The notes below the pieces were generated by a model. The model saw only the letters and a list, made by a program, of their open reading frames with translations. It ran no database searches and was not told where the DNA came from. Shown here in pieces: positions 55,768 through 63,255 of a stretch of DNA of 63,255 nucleotides (within the stretch, counting starts at the first letter, position 1; every line of letters begins with the position of its first letter). The DNA lies in the IMG/VR virus record IMGVR_UViG_3300009034_000035, positions 1-63,255 of that record. One strand, written 5' to 3'. The DNA comes from a virus. Its lineage: Duplodnaviria > Caudoviricetes. The translations under genes and the position numbers were made by a program.

Positions 55768-58267
55768 ATTAGCTCTTGTAACAGCTGAAAGTATTAAGAT
55801 ACAGAAAGATGGTTACTCTATACCATGTGTAGTACTTATAGGAAGAGATGAACAGGGTATTAAGAGAAGTTGGAGAACACCTTTCTGGCCTTATCTCTAT
55901 ATATTAGAATCTAGCTTTATAAGACTAGTAGATGATCCACATTTTAATCTAAATCAATATGTTAAAGAACATTTAGGAACTTTTGTAAGAAGTTTAAATA
56001 AGAAGGCTCTTACTAAGTTAGTTCTACATGATAGTTTAACTATTACAGACTTTATAAGGTTCTTAAAGAAGTATACTAAAGTTATGGGTAAAGAGCCTAT
56101 ATATACTTATGAAGCAGACTTATCTAGATCTGAATTATTAGCTTTAAGATATATGATAGATAAAGGAATTAAGTCTGGGGTAGATATAGATAAGGATGGA
56201 ACTATTACACCTATAGATCTAAAAGTTAAACTTAGAAAGTGGTATATAGACTTTGAGGCTTATTCTACTAAAATGTGTAGTCATGGACCTAAGAAGAATG
56301 AACCTATAACTATGGTTAGTATATGGGACAATTATAATGAGAAACTTTATACTCTTTATGTAGATAATAAGAAGTGGAAGGAATATCCTAAATTTAAACC
56401 TTATAATAAGAAGCATTTTATTAAAGGATTTAAGTCTGAAGCTTTATGTTTAGATTATTTATCTAAATTAGTAAAGAAGTTAGATCCAGATCTATTTACT
56501 GCATGGAACTTAGACAGATATGATATAGTTAAATGGTTTCAAAGGATGGAGGTTAATAAGCTTAATCCTAAGGTTTTAAGTCCATTTAGTGGCATAATGA
56601 AGAAGAGAAAGCCTTATAGGATTAAAGGTAGAATATTATTTGATCTTATGAGGGCATTTAAGAAATATACTGCTGCTGAACTTAGGTCTTATAGTTTATT
56701 GTATGTGACTGAATCAGAAAAGTTAGGATTAGAGAAAATACCATTTAAAGGATCAGCTGCTGATACATGGGATAAATATCCTAATATAGTATTTAAAAGG
56801 AATGTACAAGATGTATTAATCATTAAAGCTTTAGATGAGAAGCATGAACTAATAGAGACATTTGATGATTTAAGAAGAGAATTTGGAGGTTTATTCCATG
56901 AGGTACTTATGAACTATAGAGTAATAGATACAGCCTTAATGAGGTTTGTTAATAATAAAATAGCATTAGGTACAGCCCAAAGAGGAAAGAAAGAGACTGG
57001 TACTTTCTTAGGAGCAGTAGTAATAGTACCTGTTCCAGGAAAGTACCAGTATGTAGCACAATTTGATTTTAGTAGAGAATATCCCAATATAATTAAAATG
57101 TTTAATATTTCACCTGAAACTTATAGGGAGGAAGGAGCAGGTTACTATAAGATAAAATATAAGGATAAAATTTATAGTTTTATTAAAAGTCCTATAGGTC
57201 TACTTCCTCAATTAGTAGATAGCTTCTTTAAGAAGAGAGACTTATATGAAAAAGAATATGCTAAAGCAATTAATGAAGGTAATAAAGTTAAAATTAAAAT
57301 GTGGTGGAGAAGATTATTTAATATTAAGACTATGACTAATGCTATATATGGAGTAATGGACTATCCTAATTTTAGATTATGTAGAAAAGAATGTTCAGCT
57401 GCTACTGCTGTAATAGGAAGACTAGCTATTGAGGAGTTGGGAGAATTAGCTAAAAAATATGGTTATAGTATCTTATATGGTGATACAGACTCTATCTTTA
57501 TAACTCTTAAAAGTAATAGTTCAGAAGAAGCCAAAGTTGAAGGATTAGAATTAGCTAAGAAATTTAATGAAGGTTTATCAAAGTATTTTATTAAGATATA
57601 TAAAGTAAGTAAAGCTCCTAGTGACTTAGGATTTAAGAAATTGTATAGTAGCTTTTTATTGGTAGCTAGAAAGTACTATGCAGGTAAGACTATATGGGAT
57701 GAAAAGAAAGAATGGCTTAAAGAACCTGAATATGACTTTAAAGGAATAGAGGTTATCAGATCAGATAGTAGTAATTTAGAAAGAGAAACTTTAGAGACTA
57801 TTATAAAGATGATATTATCAGATAAGTCAGTAGCTGAAATTAAGGTTTATTGGGATAAGATTATTAGAAATTTTTGGAATAAAGTATATAATTATTTAGA
57901 AATAAGTTATCCTCTTCAGATTAAAAAGCCATTTAATTATTATAATCATAATCCTAAAGAAAAACAACATTTACCAGCTCATATTAGATCAGCATTATAT
58001 AGTAATAAATATCTTAATACAGACTTTGAGGCTGGAGATAAACCTAGAAGACTACCAATTAAGAGTAAAAAAATATGGACTTTAAAGTTTAAAGGGGAAG
58101 ATATAAAGTTACTTCTTAAGGATGTTTCTATAGCAGAAGATATGTTTATACCTGATTGGGTTATTCAATCAATAGATTATAAACGTATATATAAAAGATT
58201 AGCTGATAAAGTTACAAAGCTTTTAAATCTAATCCAGATACAAACTAGTTTGGAGGCCTTTAAGTGA
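55760..58267 (+). CDS. polB: Family B DNA polymerase
   Basis: Exonuclease motifs IDFE and WNLDRYD; polymerase motifs DFSREYP, KTMTNAIYG, YGDTDS, KYYAG, KGIEVIRSD. Confidence 0.97.
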   Translation: MTKLALVTAESIKIQKDGYSIPCVVLIGRDEQGIKRSWRTPFWPYLYILESSFIRLVDDPHFNLNQYVKEHLGTFVRSLNKKALTKLVLHDSLTITDFIRFLKKYTKVMGKEPIYTYEADLSRSELLALRYMIDKGIKSGVDIDKDGTITPIDLKVKLRKWYIDFEAYSTKMCSHGPKKNEPITMVSIWDNYNEKLYTLYVDNKKWKEYPKFKPYNKKHFIKGFKSEALCLDYLSKLVKKLDPDLFTAWNLDRYDIVKWFQRMEVNKLNPKVLSPFSGIMKKRKPYRIKGRILFDLMRAFKKYTAAELRSYSLLYVTESEKLGLEKIPFKGSAADTWDKYPNIVFKRNVQDVLIIKALDEKHELIETFDDLRREFGGLFHEVLMNYRVIDTALMRFVNNKIALGTAQRGKKETGTFLGAVVIVPVPGKYQYVAQFDFSREYPNIIKMFNISPETYREEGAGYYKIKYKDKIYSFIKSPIGLLPQLVDSFFKKRDLYEKEYAKAINEGNKVKIKMWWRRLFNIKTMTNAIYGVMDYPNFRLCRKECSAATAVIGRLAIEELGELAKKYGYSILYGDTDSIFITLKSNSSEEAKVEGLELAKKFNEGLSKYFIKIYKVSKAPSDLGFKKLYSSFLLVARKYYAGKTIWDEKKEWLKEPEYDFKGIEVIRSDSSNLERETLETIIKMILSDKSVAEIKVYWDKIIRNFWNKVYNYLEISYPLQIKKPFNYYNHNPKEKQHLPAHIRSALYSNKYLNTDFEAGDKPRRLPIKSKKIWTLKFKGEDIKLLLKDVSIAEDMFIPDWVIQSIDYKRIYKRLADKVTKLLNLIQIQTSLEAFK

Positions 58268-58611
58268 CTAGATGGACTAAAGAAGAAATAGCCTTATTAT
58301 TTTTAAAGTATGAAAATGTAAGTTGGACAGAATTAAAAGGTTTATTTCCTACTAGAAGTAAAAAGTCTATTAATAAAAAGGCCAGGGAATTAAGTTTAGT
58401 AAGAACTAAATTCTCTACTCTTAAGGGAGTATTTTATGTTTATGCTAGATGTCCTACTCATGGTAGAATATTTAGAGAAGAAATTAAATGGAGAGGTAAA
58501 AAGGAGAATATTCCTTATTGTCCTAGACCAGGATGTAATAAAAGATTAAGAGAAAAACCTAAGACTAGTAAGTTAAGGAGGAAGTATAGAGTTGAAAGAG
58601 TGGAAAGCTAA
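58264..58611 (+). CDS. Myb/SANT-like HTH plus Zn-ribbon protein
   Basis: WTKEE...FPTRSKKSINKKARELSL; CPTH...CPRPGC. Confidence 0.65.
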   Translation: MTRWTKEEIALLFLKYENVSWTELKGLFPTRSKKSINKKARELSLVRTKFSTLKGVFYVYARCPTHGRIFREEIKWRGKKENIPYCPRPGCNKRLREKPKTSKLRRKYRVERVES

Positions 58612-59068
58612 ATTTTATATTGCCCATAGAATAACTAATAGGCATTATATAAGAGATACTGCATGTCCTAAGTTACAAAAAGCTGGTTACTTTACTGTTA
58701 ATCCGTTCTATACTTTATCTGGTAAACCTAGAAAAATAAGATGGGAAATTGATTTAATAGATAAAGGTACTATTAATCCATATAAAGTAGTTAAAAATTA
58801 TAAAAGATCTAAAGAAATAGTTGATTATGATCTAAGTAAAATAGTTAATGCTGATGGATTGGTTTGTTTTATGAATGAAGCAAGTATAGGAGCATCAATG
58901 GAAATATTCTTTTGTGCTCATGTATTAAGTAAACCTATTTATATAGTAACTGAAAAATATTCTTCTCATCCTTGGCTTATATATTATACTACTATAACTA
59001 AAGGTTTTATAGTTTCTAATCTTAAGAGGTTAATTAAGGAGTTGAATAAGATATATGAAGACAAGTGA
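58592..59068 (+). CDS. Nucleoside 2-deoxyribosyltransferase / nucleotide N-hydrolase family
   Basis: FYIAH, NPF, DLSKIVNADGLV, SIGASMEI, KPIY. Confidence 0.85.
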   Translation: MKEWKAKFYIAHRITNRHYIRDTACPKLQKAGYFTVNPFYTLSGKPRKIRWEIDLIDKGTINPYKVVKNYKRSKEIVDYDLSKIVNADGLVCFMNEASIGASMEIFFCAHVLSKPIYIVTEKYSSHPWLIYYTTITKGFIVSNLKRLIKELNKIYEDK

Positions 59069-59417
59069 AATAGCAATTAAGATGAAAAAATATATTGGTA
59101 AATTAGTCTCTTTATTTCTAAATAGAAATATGGAATATGCTGATGAAGGTGAATGGGCTAGTAACTTTAATAGAAATGCTTTATATAATGAAGTATTTAG
59201 AATAAAGGAAATTATAGAACAACCTTATGGTGTATCTTTAGAATATGTACTTCAGAAGATTGACAGAATAATTAATGGAATACTTATTGAAAAAGGAAAA
59301 GGAGAAAAAGAAGCTACTCATATAAGTGATTCTATAGATGATGCAATAGTTTATTTGTTTATTACTAGGAATTTATTAATAGAAGCTGGATTAATAGAGG
59401 ATAAGGAAAATGAATAA
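59055..59417 (+). CDS. All-alpha NTP-PPase-like protein (DUF1599 / nucleotide-modification-associated)
   Basis: RNMEYA...NF...KIDRI...DSIDDAIVY. Confidence 0.65.
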   Translation: MKTSEIAIKMKKYIGKLVSLFLNRNMEYADEGEWASNFNRNALYNEVFRIKEIIEQPYGVSLEYVLQKIDRIINGILIEKGKGEKEATHISDSIDDAIVYLFITRNLLIEAGLIEDKENE

Positions 59418-59572
59418 ATCAGAAATAGTATCTATATTAAAAGACCAGGAAAAAGAAGTATGTAAAGAATGTGATAGTAGAAGAGAAAAGGAAGGAAAGA
59501 GAATAGCAGATATAGATCAATGCTTTAATTGTCCAGTACATAAATTGGTTAATAAAGTATTGGAGGCTTTAA

Positions 59573-60022
59573 ATGGTAATTGATAAAAAGAAAATTCCTT
59601 ATGATAAAATAGATGTTGACATAAAAAATATCATTAAAATGATTAATACTTTACCTTTTTGTGCTACTATTTCTTGTTGTCAAGGTCATCTTACTACAAT
59701 GTTTAAAAAGGGAATAAATAATCGTTATAAGTATACTGCTAATTTATTTATAGCTTTTGAAGTATATGATGAACTTAAATTTCTTAAATTCTTAGAAAAT
59801 CTTCAAAAAGGATTTTATAAAAGTGTTAATTGGTGGATGAATATAATTAAAGAATATTATTTTGATCCCATACCAAATTATGATGTTCCTTCTATTAGTT
59901 GGAGAATAAGTATAGATATAAGTAGTAATAGTAAAGTTAAATTAAAAGAAATACTTAAAAGAAGTAGAAGATGGTTAAGACATTGTATATTGGAATTTAA
60001 GGGGAAATATCATTATGCCTAA
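59573..60022 (+). CDS. TYW3/Taw3-like protein
   Basis: IDVDIKNIIKMIN...TISCCQGH resembles the TYW3 D..I...IN...TTSSCSGR motif. Confidence 0.55.
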   Translation: MVIDKKKIPYDKIDVDIKNIIKMINTLPFCATISCCQGHLTTMFKKGINNRYKYTANLFIAFEVYDELKFLKFLENLQKGFYKSVNWWMNIIKEYYFDPIPNYDVPSISWRISIDISSNSKVKLKEILKRSRRWLRHCILEFKGKYHYA

Positions 60023-60425
60023 ACAAGAAGAAGGATCTATATCTAAACGTAGAGAAGCTGACTGGAGAAAAGAACTTAAGGAAAATATAGATTTATTAAA
60101 GCAAGCTAAAGCAAGTATAAAGAATAAACTTGATAAAGGGGAAACATTAAGAGACCAGGATCTAAGGTTCTTAGAGCATTATCCAGATATACTTAGAGAA
60201 TTAAGAGAGAAGCAAGTACAGACTAAAGAAGAGACATTAGAAGAAGGTAAACTTAAGACTTATATAGAAAGATTATGGAAGCTTAAAGAAATAGGTAAGT
60301 TAGAGGATGTAATAGAAGCTACTGGGTATTATAGATGTGAACAATGTGGAGAATTGCATGTTTTAAATAGGAAATGCATGTATGAAGAATATAAAGAATT
60401 TAAGGCTAATAAGGAAATAGAATAA
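60015..60425 (+). CDS. Helical protein with C-terminal Zn finger
   Basis: CEQCGELH...C. Confidence 0.6.
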   Translation: MPKQEEGSISKRREADWRKELKENIDLLKQAKASIKNKLDKGETLRDQDLRFLEHYPDILRELREKQVQTKEETLEEGKLKTYIERLWKLKEIGKLEDVIEATGYYRCEQCGELHVLNRKCMYEEYKEFKANKEIE

Positions 60426-60584
60426 TGAGTAAATTAGTTGATACTTTTATACTTAAGAGAATAATAGATACAAAGAAAAGAACTTGTATACTTAAGATTA
60501 TAATATCAGATGGAAAAAAGAGTAATAAATACATATATTATGGAAGTAATCATATAATACAAATAGATTATAGTAGAGATTAAA

Positions 60585-61118
60585 ATGAGTATTAAAACTA
60601 AAAGAATTGAAACTGTAGATGGTCATTGTATTATAATGGATAAATATATTACTGTTTATACTAGATGTTTTCCTAAAGGAAAGTTGTTTAAGATAAAGAT
60701 GTTTATTAAAGGAAGGTTATTTTTAGTAGATGATAATAATAAAATGTGGATTTATTATTTAATTCCCAAGTTAAAGAAAGTTTGTAATATATGTGAATAT
60801 ATGAAAAGAAAATTTATTGTTTATTGTGAAAAAACATTTTATACAACTTACTTAGAAAATATATGTAAAAATTGGACATTAAAGAGGAAAAGTTTATTAT
60901 CTTTTTCTTGCCAACCTTATTGTAGTAAAAAAGTAAAAAGAATACATTTATCTTGCTTTTGGTGTAGAAATAGAAGGATTATACAAGGTAAAGTAGATAA
61001 TCCAGTTCAAGTAAATATTTATATAGATGTTATTCATAAGGATATAAAGCTTAATTTCTTAAGATCTTGGTTAGTTAAAACCCTTAAGTCTTTAACTGAG
61101 TTTATAGGTGGATTATAA
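60585..61118 (+). CDS. Cys-rich hypothetical protein
   Basis: CNIC, CFWC. Confidence 0.55.
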   Translation: MSIKTKRIETVDGHCIIMDKYITVYTRCFPKGKLFKIKMFIKGRLFLVDDNNKMWIYYLIPKLKKVCNICEYMKRKFIVYCEKTFYTTYLENICKNWTLKRKSLLSFSCQPYCSKKVKRIHLSCFWCRNRRIIQGKVDNPVQVNIYIDVIHKDIKLNFLRSWLVKTLKSLTEFIGGL

Positions 61119-61514
61119 ATGAGAAAATTTAGAATTAAGGTAACAACAAACTTTAAAGAATATTTAGAATTAACTAAAATTTCATTATTTGTAGATTTAC
61201 AAAGATTTTTTAATTTTATTAATGGAAAATATAATCCTGAAGGTCTTTATTATAATTATGTAATTTGGGTTAGTAAATTAAGTCCTAAACTTTTATTCCA
61301 TGAATTTGTTCATCATATAATAGGCCATCCATCTGATGTGTGGTATATTAACTTAAGATTATTTGGTGATATTCTCAATTGCTTATGGGATATTACTTAT
61401 TTTAGATTAACCAGATTAAAAGCAAGTAAAGAACAAAGTCAAGAAGCTATTAGAAGACTTAAAGAATCTATTAAGGATTGGTTAGATTGGGTATTATGTA
61501 GGGATGTAATATGA
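61119..61514 (+). CDS. HExxH-motif protein
   Basis: LLFHEFVH. Confidence 0.55.
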   Translation: MRKFRIKVTTNFKEYLELTKISLFVDLQRFFNFINGKYNPEGLYYNYVIWVSKLSPKLLFHEFVHHIIGHPSDVWYINLRLFGDILNCLWDITYFRLTRLKASKEQSQEAIRRLKESIKDWLDWVLCRDVI

Positions 61515-61831
61515 AGGGAAATAGAATATATTTTTATATTAAACATAAACTTCCTTCTATAAATTATTTGCTTAAAACAATATCTATTTGTTTATATCAA
61601 ATTGTTAGATATATTAACAGATACTTATTTAAGACTTATTCTCTTATTGAAGAATGTGCTAGATGTGAAGATTGTGGAAGAAATGTACATGACTTTGATG
61701 TACCAAATGAATTATGGATAAAAGTTTATGGTAATGAGAGTGGTATATTATGTTATGATTGTTTTTGTAATAGAGCAGATGAAATATTTGGATTCAAATG
61801 GAGAAGTATATTACATTATTATTGGAGATGA
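61511..61831 (+). CDS. Zn-finger protein
   Basis: CEDCG...VPNELW...GILCYDCF. Confidence 0.6.
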   Translation: MKGNRIYFYIKHKLPSINYLLKTISICLYQIVRYINRYLFKTYSLIEECARCEDCGRNVHDFDVPNELWIKVYGNESGILCYDCFCNRADEIFGFKWRSILHYYWR

Positions 61832-62015
61832 TATAAATATGAATATTTTAATAAGATTTTGGTTATGGTTCAAGAAACAATTTATAAAAAGAACATATTC
61901 AAAACTTGACTTTTGTGATTATTGTGGATTTTATGGAGTTATGTTTACAGACGATAGAGGATTTAAATACTGCTCAAAACATCTTAGATTTGCTTATGTT
62001 TAAGGAGGTGATATA

Positions 62016-62282
62016 ATGGATCAATTTGAATGTAAAATATGTGGAAAAGATTTTAAGTCTATAGAATGTCAAACTATATGTGATAAATGTCAAATAAGAA
62101 TACTTAAAATATTTAATATAGAAATTAAAAAAGATGGTTCTGTTGTTCCTTCAGATAAAGAAATTATTGTTACTTTAATATGGAATATATCTAATATGTG
62201 GGGATATGTAAATTACTTAATACATGCTATTGAACATCATACTCATTCAAAGAAAGAAGTTGAAGTTATAAATATAGATTAG
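62016..62282 (+). CDS. Zn-finger protein
   Basis: SD aggaggtga; CKICG...CDKC. Confidence 0.65.
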   Translation: MDQFECKICGKDFKSIECQTICDKCQIRILKIFNIEIKKDGSVVPSDKEIIVTLIWNISNMWGYVNYLIHAIEHHTHSKKEVEVINID

Positions 62283-62930
62283 GAAATAATAATTTTTCAA
62301 TAAACATCAAAATTCTTCAGTTTTTAATAAGTCTATAAATGAGAATTTCTACCGTTCAATTATTAATTAATTATTGTATCATTTGTCTAAATTGAGGAAT
62401 CGTAGTAGAACGATTAATTCAACTTCTAATATTACAGAGAGTAGGAAAGATCTAGGAACTATGTTCTTATCACTCTCTATGTATCTTTTTTTCCTCATTA
62501 GCGGTTAAACTTTCTATAGGTCAAGAGAACATAATTGTACTTATTGGTATTATACTAAATGGTATAAAGAGTTTAACCAGGCAATATACTAGGTTTATTG
62601 ACAATAGTATACTTGGTTAAACTAAAATGTTAAAAGCATGGTAAACTAATCTAACTACATTACTAGATCTAGTAAACCTTTATTAAGTAGTTTAACTATA
62701 GAATGTAACAGGAGAATAGTACAGGCTATATAATTAACTGGAAAGAATAACTAACCATGTTACTATCAGAGTTAATTATAGATGTTACCTGGCTATTCTA
62801 CCTATAGAAACATAGAGAGTTAAACCGTATGGTTAAACTAATGATTAAATATATAATACTGCACAGTGTAAAAGTGGAAGTTGAATAGAGGGTGAAATTT
62901 ATGTTTTCTTATATACAGCTCATCTTTTTG
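62283..62930. other. Long non-coding region, candidate origin or packaging/control region
   Basis: About 650 bp without a credible ORF; clustered RGTTAAACY motifs in both orientations and hairpins. Confidence 0.5.
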
Positions 62931-63255
62931 AAAAATCTTTAAATATAATGATAATATTTCTATTATTTGAGGAAAAGTTAAATGAAGCCTAAATTTTGTA
63001 TTGGAACAATTAAACAACCAACTAATAGTGATAGTCATGCATGGAGAGGTAAATGGAGTGTAAATTGTGTTAATATGTGGGTAGCTACATTAGGTAAAAG
63101 ATTAAATCTTAAAAATGCAATTTTAGGACATAGTATTATAATGATACATGAAATAACTCATGCATTAAGTGGAGAGTCTTATTGCTGGTCACATATTAAT
63201 GGTAAAATTGTTTATTGGGATGAAACTATAGAAAGAATACTAAAAGAAGTTTTAG
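62767..63255. repeat. Terminal direct repeat, right copy
   Basis: Matches 1-489. Confidence 0.97.

Noticed and set aside
805-56416. Numerous short minus-strand ORFs inside + strand genes (e.g. 805, 4436, 14705, 21509, 33437, 36069, 47319, 48235, 53891)
   Set aside because: Antisense shadows of well-supported genes, with no promoters, SD sites or motifs
55760-58267. Inteins or introns in PolB, RadA, TerL or LonB
   Set aside because: Lengths are normal and no intein splice-junction or LAGLIDADG motifs were seen
1-63255. tRNA genes, integrase/att site, alternative genetic code
   Set aside because: No cloverleaf with a T-loop consensus and no recombinase recognised; long genes read through with standard stop codons

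Overview
This window is an apparently complete genome of a tailed archaeal virus (HK97-fold head, siphovirus-type tail). The unit length is about 62,766 bp, and bases 1-489 recur at 62767-63255. An archaeal host is indicated by BRE-TATA promoters, GGAGGTG/AGGTGA Shine-Dalgarno (SD) sites, RadA, membrane-anchored LonB, a short XPF nuclease and a Topo VI-A/Spo11 homologue. Almost all genes are on the + strand, in this order: small singly promoted genes, nucleotide-metabolism genes, TerL, portal, head and tail genes, a protease plus holin-like cassette, and a recombination/replication module (RadA, AAA+, XPF, OB-fold SSB, PolB). One leftward operon (RHH regulators plus LonB) interrupts the head module. 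I recognised no integrase, primase, helicase, tRNA or canonical CRISPR array. The most striking element is at 46574-47315: a stand-alone Cas7/RAMP-like gene flanked by three phased arrays of GGA-NN pentamers (constant triplet, variable dinucleotide). This is a candidate RNA-guided system with a non-contiguous guide code, resembling a GGA variant of the VIPR-type architecture as I recall it. Other notable points are ATA start codons on LonB and the tail tube gene, a very short tape measure protein, two candidate structured ncRNAs and a recurring RGTTAAACY motif. All family assignments come from motif recognition by eye, not database searches.
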